43,436 nt of DNA, taken from contig CAZTHA010000001.1 of the NCBI GenBank assembly GCA_964613435.1, positions 1 to 43,436 on the forward strand, given 5' to 3'. Positions within the stretch are counted from its first letter, which is position 1, and every line of letters starts with the position of its first letter. The stretch is from an uncultured bacterium. Lineage in GTDB: Bacteria > Muiribacteriota > Ozemobacteria > Ozemobacterales > Ozemobacteraceae. The notes beneath the pieces are model-generated. The model was not told the DNA's origin, searched no databases, and was given only the letters and a program-made list of their open reading frames with translations. A program made the translations under genes and the position numbers. Shown here one piece after another: positions 17,192 to 25,242 of this stretch.

Positions 17192-18502
17192 GTGAATAAG
17201 AGTCGGCTAACCCGTTTTTTTCATAGATGTTTGTCTGCATTCGTTTTTGTCGGCCTTTGTTTGTTTTTGTGCGCCGGCGTTGCCAATGCCGAGCTGTTAT
17301 TGCAGAAAGAAATCGAAGGAAGAGATTCCTCCCCCTGGGAACGAATCGAGTTGCTGAAAGACAGCAGCCGCAACTTCGTTTACGAAGAATTTCATTACAA
17401 GAGCCGTCGGGTTCACAGCATAACTCAGAAAGCTTTTGGCACAAATACTCCGCATTCAAGCCAGTTTTTGCTCCATTTTGCGCCGAACTGGAAAAGCGCC
17501 ACCCGCCCTGTGCCGATTTTGCTGGTGCATGGTGCTGGCGACAACGCCACGCGTGGTTTTGCCCATCCCTGGGTTTTTGATATTCCTGCCGATGGCAAGA
17601 TTGAAAAGCCTGGTATAATGCAGTATCTTGCCAAAAAAGGCTTTGCCGTTTTCGCCATTACCTTTTCCCATCCGCATGGCGATAATTTTCTTCAGGCACA
17701 GCAGATTGCCAATGCCATCAGCCGTATTCGTCAGGTTACCGGTGCAGAAAAGGTAGACGTTCTCTGCCACAGCAAAGGGGCGATGTCGGTAAGAATTTAT
17801 GCCTCAGATCTTGGCTCCGAATATGCAAAATACAAATGGATCACTTCTTTTCAGAAGGATATCAGGAAAATTCTTTTCGTTGCTTCGCCTTTAAAAGGCA
17901 TTGATACCGCTTTTAGATATTATGCCTACAACTTTACCGTGATGTATCAGGATCTCGCCGCACCCTTGGGCCCAAAAGGCATGACCTGGCAGGGAAAATG
18001 GTTCAAGACCACCGAACATAATGACTGTTTCCCGGGTCAGTTTCAGATGCTCAATAACTGGGCAAAAGACGGTATTCCCCTTAAGCCCCAAAGCAACACG
18101 CCAGATATGAACCTGAGTATGGTCGCTCTGTATTATGGCGGGGTTTCGACTCTGCTTACCTCTGACGGCATCGACAAAACTATACAGAAAGCCGGAGATG
18201 TGATAAACTCACTCTGCCGAAAAGGAATAGATCCGTCGGTGACTTGTCATATTCTTGCCGGAAGCAAGCAGGAAATCGACAAAGTCAAATTCTTCTGGCT
18301 GGAAGTACCCGTAGGAGAATTTGCCGATGCGAGTGACGGAGTTCTGTTTCTGAAGAGTGCCACTTATGAAAAGGGCTTAACGGCCAGGGGCGCAAAAGTT
18401 AAGAGCAAAAAGGTTCTTAAATTGCATCATGTTGGCGTAACCGTATGGCCAGAAGCTCTTGATTACATTTCCGAGGTTTTCAGTGAAAGAAATTCTGATT
18501 AA
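17192..18502 (+). CDS. Secreted alpha/beta-hydrolase, lipase class 2 / PGAP1-like
   Basis: Signal peptide (FVFVGLCLFLCAGVANA). PILLVHGAGDN oxyanion-region pattern. Nucleophile elbow VDVLCHSKGAMS, an HS(M/K)G lipase box with Cys replacing the first Gly. GTG start per the ORF track. Confidence 0.6.
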   Translation: MNKSRLTRFFHRCLSAFVFVGLCLFLCAGVANAELLLQKEIEGRDSSPWERIELLKDSSRNFVYEEFHYKSRRVHSITQKAFGTNTPHSSQFLLHFAPNWKSATRPVPILLVHGAGDNATRGFAHPWVFDIPADGKIEKPGIMQYLAKKGFAVFAITFSHPHGDNFLQAQQIANAISRIRQVTGAEKVDVLCHSKGAMSVRIYASDLGSEYAKYKWITSFQKDIRKILFVASPLKGIDTAFRYYAYNFTVMYQDLAAPLGPKGMTWQGKWFKTTEHNDCFPGQFQMLNNWAKDGIPLKPQSNTPDMNLSMVALYYGGVSTLLTSDGIDKTIQKAGDVINSLCRKGIDPSVTCHILAGSKQEIDKVKFFWLEVPVGEFADASDGVLFLKSATYEKGLTARGAKVKSKKVLKLHHVGVTVWPEALDYISEVFSERNSD

Positions 18503-19004
18503 GAAATATGATAATCGGCGACTTTACTGTGTGGAAGAAGCCAGATACGTTTCTCTCGCCGAGATTCGCGATTTTTTGCAGCGCGGCGACAAGGTGAAGG
18601 TTATCGAGAAAAGTACCGGTAAAGACATCACCAAGTACATTCTCATGCAGGTTCTTCTTGAAGAACGTTACGAATTGTTGCCGACCTACTTTTATCAAAT
18701 GGTTCTGCAGTCACCAAAAGAGGTTGTCGATAATTTTTTCAAGCAATTCTTTCCCTGGATGATGGATATGTATAACAAGCAGCAGGCAGGGCAAAGCGGC
18801 TTTCCTGGAATGGGCTTTCAGAATCCATGGATGAACGCCAATCCGTTCCAGTTTCCCAATCCTTTCATGCCTTCATCAATGGGTCGGTCAGCCGAAGAAA
18901 AAGAAAAACCAGCCAAAAAGAAAGACGCAGATGAAGATCCTGACAAGATGGCAGAGATTCTGAAGCGTTTGCGTGAGCTTGAAGAAAAGCTGCAATCCGA
19001 ATAG
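18483..19004 (+). CDS. phaR: PhaR-like polyhydroxyalkanoate synthesis repressor
   Basis: ILIKKYDNRRLYCVEEARYVSLAEIRDFLQRGDKVKVIEKSTGKDITKYILMQVLLEE matches the PhaR N-terminal DNA-binding signature (IKKYxNRRLYdT..s.Yvtl.di..mv..g..f.V.d.ktGeDlT..iL.qIi.E). Preferred start is GTG 18483, 7 nt after GAGG; the track start 18459 would overlap the upstream gene by 44 nt. Confidence 0.8.
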   Translation: MKEILIKKYDNRRLYCVEEARYVSLAEIRDFLQRGDKVKVIEKSTGKDITKYILMQVLLEERYELLPTYFYQMVLQSPKEVVDNFFKQFFPWMMDMYNKQQAGQSGFPGMGFQNPWMNANPFQFPNPFMPSSMGRSAEEKEKPAKKKDADEDPDKMAEILKRLRELEEKLQSE

Positions 19005-19020
19005 TTCGCTTTTAATGTTG

Positions 19021-19059
19021 AAAAAAGCCGGGGCTTAAATTGTTGAGCCCCGGCTTTTT
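19021..19059. terminator. Bidirectional rho-independent terminator between phaR and the convergent secreted-protein gene
   Basis: AGCCGGGGC (19026-19034) pairs perfectly with GCCCCGGCT (19047-19055). Flanked by an A-run (19021-19026) and a T-run (19055-19059). Confidence 0.75.
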
Positions 19060-19068
19060 CATGAAAGG

Positions 19069-20400
19069 TCACTTTATTAAAGATTCGATTTCTTCCTGAA
19101 GTTTAAGCTGTTTATCGTATACTTTTGTGAAACTGACTCCGATGGTTTTGATCAGAATATTGTCTTTGCTTTCGTATTCATCCTGAATTCTTTGGATTTC
19201 TGCAGGGGCTCCCTCCCCGAACTGGTCCAAATTTATCATTTTGTCATAGTATTCGAGGATTTCCTTTTGGTCACTGGCAAATTTTCCTGAGTTTCTATAT
19301 TCTTCGGCTTTTGCCGCAAGCTTGCTATTTTTGCCCTCATCGTCCGGTTTTGGCGACACTTCTTCCTGGGATAGAGGTTTCTCCGGGTCTGCACCACATG
19401 AGCAGCTTACTTCAGTATAATCATCATTTTCGTGAAATTTGATCTTGTATTCACCTTTTCGTGGGCACTCAACGGGCTTGCGAAGGTATTGTTCCTTTAC
19501 CAGCTTGGCAAGTATTTGATCGAAACTGGCATTCTCGGGAAACTTAAGTCCATCCATAGCTGCCATTTCCAGTGCGCCCATGAGAACTCGCTGATTGGCG
19601 CAGCAGGCTTTTTCAGGACTTGACGGGGTTGTTGTCTTAATTTCTTCGGAGAGATTTTCGACGTTTTTAAGAATCTCAATCATTCCTTCATTGGAATCGA
19701 GGGTTTTCAAAATGTTCTCGGTAAATTTTCTTTCCCAAACCAGACCTTCTTTAACTCTGAATGCAGGCTTTGGCAGGGACTTGAGATAATCGACGACAAT
19801 TTTTTTTGCTTCCGGTTTGAATTCCCCGGCCAGAAAAGTTTTCATTGATTCCAGGGCAATTTCTCGAATGGCGTGACCAATCATGTAGCTGATCAAGGGG
19901 CCGTAGTTTTCAGCGTCATCGCCAAATCGGAAGACAGCAACAAATAGTTTGGCGGCCTTTTCATGATCTCCGAGTTTTGCCTGGTGCCAGGCTCCGGCAT
20001 TGAGATAACGAGCCAGGGTTCTAAGTGTTCTATATGGCGGAACATAGTCTTCAGCCTTGTAAGACTGGTCGGGCATGAAGTTGCAGTCTTTGCATTTGGC
20101 AGCAAATTCAAGCAGATTCATGGTGCGATATGAGTGGGCTTCATGCAGCTTGTTGCGAACTTTTTTCGGAATTTTTTCGAAACTTTCAAGGCTATTGATA
20201 TCTCTTAATTGATCAGCATCTTCTCTGGAGAGGTCTGGCATGAAGCCAATCACCATCATATAGCGCAGAGCGGCATTATCGTCCTTGAAGATTCTCTCTT
20301 CCGGGACTGGTTCGGTGATTTTACCGGCAGCCAATATGCCTGTTGGCACAGTAAGAATCGCGATGCCAAGCAGAACGAAAACAAGTAATGAGCTCTTCAT
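19069..20400 (-). CDS. Secreted protein of unknown function, third gene of the ECF sigma operon
   Basis: Signal peptide MKSSLLVFVLLGIAILTVPTGILAA. Internal CCANQRVLMGALEMAAMDG...LVKEQYLRKPVECPRKGEY resembles the Cys-bracketed globular core of GspG/ComGC-type pseudopilins, but it sits in the middle of a 443-aa protein. Confidence 0.55.
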   Translation of the reverse strand: MKSSLLVFVLLGIAILTVPTGILAAGKITEPVPEERIFKDDNAALRYMMVIGFMPDLSREDADQLRDINSLESFEKIPKKVRNKLHEAHSYRTMNLLEFAAKCKDCNFMPDQSYKAEDYVPPYRTLRTLARYLNAGAWHQAKLGDHEKAAKLFVAVFRFGDDAENYGPLISYMIGHAIREIALESMKTFLAGEFKPEAKKIVVDYLKSLPKPAFRVKEGLVWERKFTENILKTLDSNEGMIEILKNVENLSEEIKTTTPSSPEKACCANQRVLMGALEMAAMDGLKFPENASFDQILAKLVKEQYLRKPVECPRKGEYKIKFHENDDYTEVSCSCGADPEKPLSQEEVSPKPDDEGKNSKLAAKAEEYRNSGKFASDQKEILEYYDKMINLDQFGEGAPAEIQRIQDEYESKDNILIKTIGVSFTKVYDKQLKLQEEIESLIK

Positions 20401-20437
20401 GGAATTGTTCCTTTCGACGGATAAAATTTGGCGAGAG

Positions 20438-20866
20438 TTAAATGTTGTTCAGTTCGCGCGCAAAGCCCAACATTGTTGTACAGGAATTGTCTTGTGCAAA
20501 TGAGAGATTGAAGTCTTCATTTTTAAATTTGATCAGCTTATAAGCTCCCATTTCGAAAATGTCTTCATTTTGGGCAATAATTTCTGCTGGTTGAAGTTCA
20601 GGGAGGGTAGGCAATTCTTCATATGTTGCTTCTGATACAGGCTCTTTCGGTAGGGGATTGGCAGAATAGGCATAGAAAGCAATTGCTGAAGCTATAATGA
20701 TGATAGTGATTGCGGCAATCATCGAAATCGACAATCGGGAAGTCGGGGCAGGCTGATTCCATATCGCCTGCTTTTGCAGTGCGTTGAAAACATCGACTGA
20801 AGGTTCTTCAGTCGGAGCGTTCTCTTCAAGATATTTTTCAAATTGATCCTTATTCATCTTGTCCAT
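20438..20866 (-). CDS. Putative single-pass anti-sigma factor
   Basis: Immediately downstream of and overlapping the ECF sigma gene. One TM helix (SMIAAITIIIIASAIAFYAYSA). Start ATG 20866 (MDKMNKD) or 20857. The call is positional only. Confidence 0.45.
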   Translation of the reverse strand: MDKMNKDQFEKYLEENAPTEEPSVDVFNALQKQAIWNQPAPTSRLSISMIAAITIIIIASAIAFYAYSANPLPKEPVSEATYEELPTLPELQPAEIIAQNEDIFEMGAYKLIKFKNEDFNLSFAQDNSCTTMLGFARELNNI

Positions 20867-21384
20867 GGGATCAACTCCTTCAATTTTGCAATTGCGTAAC
20901 GGTACCTTGATGCAACCGTGGGCAAACTGCATTTTTGCAGTTCGGCAATTTCTTCAAAAGTCATATCGGTCCAAATCTTGAGGACGACGGTTTCTTTTTG
21001 CTCATCAGGTAAACTTTCCAGAGCTTTCTTGATCATCAGCTCATTTTCTATTTTATGGTCAATTCTATTTTGCTGAGTATTCGAGCGATTGGTTTCGTTA
21101 CGGTCCGGTCCGGTTTCTTTTTTGAATTTCAGGGCGGCATTTCTGGCACTGGTAAAGAGATAACCGGCGGGATTCTCGACATTGAAGAACTTGGCAGGTT
21201 CTTTGACCCAGGGCATGAATACTGTTTGCAGGATATCTTCCGCCTCTTCCCGGGAAAGGTCGAACGAGTTTCTCAGATAACGAAACACTGGCCCGGCAAA
21301 GCTTTTATAGATTTGCTCAAACCCTTTTTGCGGGTTTTGGGCAAACAATGCCATCATTTCTTTTGTTTCGTTGCTATTTTTCAT
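20854..21384 (-). CDS. ECF-type RNA polymerase sigma-70 family factor
   Basis: Region 2-like EEAEDILQTVFMPWV...GYLFTSARNAALKFKK. Region 4 HTH LPDEQKETVVLKIWTDMTFEEIAELQKCSLPTVASRYRYAIAKLKE. Confidence 0.85.
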   Translation of the reverse strand: MKNSNETKEMMALFAQNPQKGFEQIYKSFAGPVFRYLRNSFDLSREEAEDILQTVFMPWVKEPAKFFNVENPAGYLFTSARNAALKFKKETGPDRNETNRSNTQQNRIDHKIENELMIKKALESLPDEQKETVVLKIWTDMTFEEIAELQKCSLPTVASRYRYAIAKLKELIPWTR

Positions 21385-21759
21385 AATCTACAAATCAAGA
21401 GTTCAATTTTGCCGGGATTTATTTAACAAAATTTAAAAATCTTTTTTTTTGCAGTCTATGCCAGTTCGGACTTCGATGCAAGCGAATGAATGCCCGGCTG
21501 ATAAAGAGTTTTGATTAGACAATAAGCTTTTGCTGAACCGCAGCATCGCGGTTGGCAAAACCAAAAGACCTAAACGCTTGATTTCTGGTTGAAGAGGGCT
21601 GTTCTAACTCTTGTTTTTAAAAGCCATTTAGCTTTTTCGGTTTGTACGTCAGGCAAGAGAAAAAAATATGAAAAACAAACTGCTTTTTTTGCGGCTCAGC
21701 AATTTGAATTTCTTTGCTGTGGCTGATTGGGAGGTAAAAAAATATTTTTATTTTTTTTG

Positions 21760-21788
21760 TTGACGCAACGCAGCAAAAGTGGTAATAT
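21760..21788 (+). promoter_or_regulatory. Candidate sigma70 promoter of the phasin-like gene
   Basis: TTGACG (21760-21765), 17-nt spacer, TAATAT (21783-21788). Preceded by an A/T tract (21736-21758) and located about 70 nt upstream of ATG 21860. Confidence 0.5.
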
Positions 21789-21859
21789 TATTTTTGTAGC
21801 GAAGCAATCTTAGCCAAAGCAAAATTTTGAAATCAAATCTTTTAACAGGAGAAAATAAA

Positions 21860-22186
21860 ATGACTAACGAAATGAACAAATGGATGGAATTCTCAAACGA
21901 ATACGCTCAGCTTATCAACGAAAATTTCCAGGTAATGAACAAATTCTGGAATGCAACTCTTGAGCAGAACAACGGTTACACCAAAAAGAACATGGAACTT
22001 TTCTTCGACCACATGAACCGCAATGTTGAACTGATGTATGACATTTACAACAACATCACTGGTTCAAATGAAGAACTGCAGAAAATCTACCGCGAAAACA
22101 TCGAAAAATTCAACACCAGATATCAGAAGATCTATGAAGAAACCATCAAAGCTGTAACTCCGAAAACCGCTAAAGCCGGCAAATAA
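21860..22186 (+). CDS. Small helical phasin-like protein (putative PHA granule-associated protein)
   Basis: 108-aa Lys/Glu/Asn-rich helical protein with no TM helix or signal peptide. AGGAG RBS 8 nt upstream of ATG 21860. Tandem TAA TAA stops and a strong terminator. The phasin call rests on composition and size plus phaR nearby, not on a strict motif. Confidence 0.45.
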   Translation: MTNEMNKWMEFSNEYAQLINENFQVMNKFWNATLEQNNGYTKKNMELFFDHMNRNVELMYDIYNNITGSNEELQKIYRENIEKFNTRYQKIYEETIKAVTPKTAKAGK

Positions 22187-22200
22187 TAAAATTTAAAGAG

Positions 22201-22245
22201 TCCGGGGAGCTGTCGCAAAGACGATAGTTCCCCGGATCTTTTTTT
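22201..22245 (+). terminator. Rho-independent terminator of the phasin-like gene
   Basis: TCCGGGGA (22201-22208) pairs with TCCCCGGA (22229-22236). The stem is extendable through G-U pairs to about 15 bp around loop CAAAGA, followed by TCTTTTTTT. Confidence 0.8.
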
Positions 22246-22326
22246 AGTTCTGTTTGAACTACGGATTTTTTAAGAGTATGCTAAGTAGTGATTCCAAGGG
22301 AAAATGATCTTTGAGGAGATAACAGA

Positions 22327-24387
22327 ATGAAATACAATTCAGGTCTGACAAAAATACTCGCGGGTTCATTATTGCTCTTGCTGGTATTTTTCCTGGTAAT
22401 AATTGTCTGCGAAGAAGCCGATGCACGAGCCGGGGGTGGCCATCGCTACTCGGGCGGCAGCAGGTCAAGTTCGAGTTCAAGCTCGGGTTATCGAAGTAGT
22501 GGTAGCAGCAGCTGGGGCAGTTCTTCCCGAAGTAGAGGCAGTAGTGGCGGAGGAGCCCCTGCTGACCCAGTTGTTATTCTTTTTTTTGTCGTCATTTTCA
22601 TTGTAATTGCTGCGCTTAAGCTTTGGATTGCCAACTCTGACAATGTGCCGAGCATACTCAAGATGTTTTTGTCCGTTGATCGTGAGATGGTTTCAACTAT
22701 TCGTGAGGCCAGTCAGATTCAGCCCTCGCGGATGAAATCCGTTTCTCTCGATGCTTTGAAAGCCAGAGATCCCAACTTCAATGAAAGGGTTTTTGCTGAA
22801 CGGGCGAAAAAAGCTTTTGCGGTTATTCAGCAGGCATGGTCTGCCCGTGATTTGGTAAAGGCTGAGGCGTTTTTGTCAGATGGCATTTATGAGCAGTTCA
22901 ATATACAGCTTTCGGAATTGCGCGAAGCTGGCCTGATCGATCATATGGAAGGTCTTAATGTCCGCAATGCTTATGCGGTAGGATTTCAAACAGATAAAAA
23001 CTTCGATGTCATCCATCTGCGAATCGATGCCAGCGCAATAAACTATCGCAAAGATGAGAAAACCGGCAAAGTTGTCGAAGGCAGTCGCTCACCCGAACCA
23101 TTTTCCGAAGTCTGGTCATTTATGAGAAAACCAGGTGCCAAGACCGGTAATAAGGGTGGTTTGCTCGAAGGGCAATGCCCTAATTGCGGCAATCCCATTA
23201 AAATTGGGCGATTGTCAAAATGTGATGTCTGTAATGCCCTGTTACGCTCTGGTGAATATGACTGGGTTCTTGTCAGTATCACCCAGGCCTGTGAATGGGG
23301 CGTTCGCCCGCAGCCAGCGGTGCCGGGCATGGATGAATTGGTGAAAAGTGACCCCGGCTTCAACATGCAGCACCTTAAAGAGCGTGCTTCAGTTATTTTC
23401 TGGCGAAAAATCGAGACTGAAAGAACCGGTAAAATTGATTTTCTGCGTAAAGTTGCTCTAGATGAATTCTCGGAAAATGAAAGCAACTGGTTAAAAGCAG
23501 ACAAATCAGGCGCCCGTCGTTTTTACACTTCCTGTGCCGTTGGGATTATTAATCTTCTGGGAATAGAAGCCGGCGAGGACAAGGACAGGGCAATGGTCGA
23601 GGTTGTCTGGAGCGGAATTCCTTCGACTCAGACAGCCGGAAAAATTCAGCCCTCCTCGGGTGGGCCAATCAATCAAAAGAATGTTTTCATTCTTGTCCGA
23701 AAACATGGCGCTCAGACGAAACTTGAATCGACTCTGGCAAGTGCGCATTGTCCGTCATGTGGTGCTCCCGAACAAACTGGTACCGAAAACGAATGTCAGT
23801 ATTGTGGCGCGGTCATGAATGATGGCAAGGTTGAATGGGTTCTTGAGGCTGTTTGTGATAGAACTGACGATCGGGTAGCCGGAATGCTTATCAGAGCAAA
23901 AAACGCACGCAAAGAAAGCCCTGCTCCTGTTGGGGCAACTTCACCTGCTTCGGCAAAAGTTGAAGCAAAAGAAATCGAAACGGTTATTTCCGGGGTCGAA
24001 CTTATGCGTTACACTATTGCGATGATGATGGCTGACGGCAAGATCGACGCCCAAGAACTGGAAATGATAAAGAGTCTGGCTCAGCGGGCAGATCTTAACA
24101 ACAGCAAACTGCAGCCGATCGTCGACGAATTGAAGCGGGCACCGGATCCTGTGCAATATGCGATCGATATGAGCCTTAACGAGCCCGATCAGGGGCTGTT
24201 GCGACAATTGGCGCGGATTGCCCTGGCGGATGGAAATGTCAGTCCTCAGGAATCGCAGATGCTCAAGAATATCGGTATCAAGATCGGGTTTGCCGCCTAT
24301 GATATCGATCAGCTTATCAAACAGGAAAAGAAGCAGATGTTCCAGGAAGCACAGGAGCTATTGCGTCGTCAGAAAAATCCGAGTTGA
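22327..24387 (+). CDS. Membrane protein with Ser/Gly/Arg-rich linker, two Tim44-like domain + zinc-ribbon modules and a C-terminal TerB-like domain
   Basis: Two hydrophobic helices flank GGGHRYSGGSRSSSSSSSGYRSSGSSSWGSSSRSRGSSGGG. Tim44-like pattern DPNFNERVFAERAKKAFAVIQQAWSARD...EVWSFMRKPG, then CPNCGNPIKIGRLSKCDVCNA. Second copy DPGFNMQHLKERASVIFWRKIE...VFILVRKHG, then CPSCGAPEQTGTENECQYCGA. TerB-like repeats AMMMADGKIDAQELEMIKSL and RIALADGNVSPQESQMLKNI. Confidence 0.6.
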   Translation: MKYNSGLTKILAGSLLLLLVFFLVIIVCEEADARAGGGHRYSGGSRSSSSSSSGYRSSGSSSWGSSSRSRGSSGGGAPADPVVILFFVVIFIVIAALKLWIANSDNVPSILKMFLSVDREMVSTIREASQIQPSRMKSVSLDALKARDPNFNERVFAERAKKAFAVIQQAWSARDLVKAEAFLSDGIYEQFNIQLSELREAGLIDHMEGLNVRNAYAVGFQTDKNFDVIHLRIDASAINYRKDEKTGKVVEGSRSPEPFSEVWSFMRKPGAKTGNKGGLLEGQCPNCGNPIKIGRLSKCDVCNALLRSGEYDWVLVSITQACEWGVRPQPAVPGMDELVKSDPGFNMQHLKERASVIFWRKIETERTGKIDFLRKVALDEFSENESNWLKADKSGARRFYTSCAVGIINLLGIEAGEDKDRAMVEVVWSGIPSTQTAGKIQPSSGGPINQKNVFILVRKHGAQTKLESTLASAHCPSCGAPEQTGTENECQYCGAVMNDGKVEWVLEAVCDRTDDRVAGMLIRAKNARKESPAPVGATSPASAKVEAKEIETVISGVELMRYTIAMMMADGKIDAQELEMIKSLAQRADLNNSKLQPIVDELKRAPDPVQYAIDMSLNEPDQGLLRQLARIALADGNVSPQESQMLKNIGIKIGFAAYDIDQLIKQEKKQMFQEAQELLRRQKNPS

Positions 24388-24400
24388 TAATAATGTCGAG

Positions 24401-24426
24401 CAGAGAACTGAATCAATTCTCTGTTT
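24401..24426 (+). terminator. Weak hairpin after the Tim44/TerB gene
   Basis: CAGAGAA (24401-24407) pairs with TTCTCTG (24417-24423) around a 9-nt loop, followed by TTTG only. Confidence 0.3.
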
Positions 24427-24441
24427 GAACAACTGATTCGT

Positions 24442-24490
24442 AAAAAAAAGAAACGCTTAAGGCATTTATTTATGCTTTAAGCGTTTTTTT
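24442..24490. terminator. Bidirectional rho-independent terminator closing the G3E/ABC/DUF364 operon
   Basis: AAACGCTTAAGGCAT (24451-24465) pairs with ATGCTTTAAGCGTTT (24472-24486), 15 bp with one G-U. Flanked by an A8 run upstream and a T7 run downstream. The minus-strand stop of the DUF364 gene lies in the loop region. Confidence 0.75.
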
Positions 24491-25240
24491 GAATGCGACC
24501 TTTTGTCCGGTAGAAAAAATTTTGCCGTTTTCGCTGCCTTTGATTATACGCAATGCTCTTTTACAGTCTTTGACGACGAAACCGGAAAGATCATCGACGC
24601 CGTAATCAAAAAGAGCAGGCGCAAGAGTGGTTGAGGGTCCGACGATCGTTCGTTTCAAAGCTTTTTTGGATAATTGCAAGTATCTGGGTAAGGTTTTGTC
24701 GATCAGACTTGAACTGCCGATGTAGACGAGGTCACTTTCCGGCAAGAGATAATCGGTTGCAGAAACAGGGAAATCACCTTCCTGAGGAATTTCACCGCTG
24801 ATGATACTCATTTCGCAGATCGGTTCAAGCAGGGTTTGAATATAAGGAAAATGGCCAATAACAGTGACTTTTTTCCCGCGGACTTCGTGCTGACCCATGA
24901 TAAAGGGATCGTAAACCCGGTCTTCTACGTGAAGTGAGTCATGAATCTGAACCCCGTTTTCGCTGGCAATTTTAATGTTATTGAAGTAAGCATTAATGGC
25001 GGCTAGACCAATGGACGCCTCGTAAAAGTTCCAGGCTTTTACGCATTTGGCAAGTTCTTTGAGCTTCATGCCGACCGGGTATTCGGCCAATACCGGTTTA
25101 CGATAATCATAAATGCGATGCTCGGCAATGCCAAGACCATTATTACTACGCACACATGAATAATGAGTTCCTTTGATTACTTCTTCAACTGTCCAGTCTT
25201 CAGGAATTTCATCGATAAGTCGGTCGTAAATTTCCCACAT
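24470..25240 (-). CDS. DUF4213/DUF364 protein (putative heavy-metal chelation, Rossmann-like domain)
   Basis: IYDRLIDEIPEDWTVEEVIKGTHYSCVRSNNGLGIAE and KKVTVIGHFPYIQTLL...LLPESDLVYIGSSSLIDKTLPRYL...IVGPSTTLAPALFDYGVDDLSGFVV fit my recollection of the DUF4213+DUF364 consensus. Start ATG 25240, 2 nt after the upstream TGA; the track start 25354 would overlap by 112 nt. Confidence 0.65.
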   Translation of the reverse strand: MWEIYDRLIDEIPEDWTVEEVIKGTHYSCVRSNNGLGIAEHRIYDYRKPVLAEYPVGMKLKELAKCVKAWNFYEASIGLAAINAYFNNIKIASENGVQIHDSLHVEDRVYDPFIMGQHEVRGKKVTVIGHFPYIQTLLEPICEMSIISGEIPQEGDFPVSATDYLLPESDLVYIGSSSLIDKTLPRYLQLSKKALKRTIVGPSTTLAPALFDYGVDDLSGFVVKDCKRALRIIKGSENGKIFSTGQKVAFKKTLKA

Positions 25241-25242
25241 GC

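Noticed and set aside
21668-21763. 32-aa ORF (MKNKLLFLRLSNLNFF...) upstream of the phasin-like promoter.
   Set aside because: It has a weak RBS, its stop overlaps the -35 box, and it lies in A/T-rich DNA where such ORFs arise by chance. No support beyond being open.
21760-21790. Tried to match published PhaR operator consensus sequences (as I recall them, e.g. the 12-bp GCAMMAAWTMMD-type repeat or CTGC-N3-GCAG) to the phasin-like promoter.
   Set aside because: No convincing match. Only short GCA/CGCAGCA recurrences were found, so no operator is claimed.
22430-22560. Ser/Gly-rich stretch considered as a DNA tandem repeat or contingency locus.
   Set aside because: The codons are heterogeneous (agc/agt/tcg/tca mixed) with no exact repeating unit. 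It is a low-complexity coding linker typical of bacterial Tim44-like proteins.
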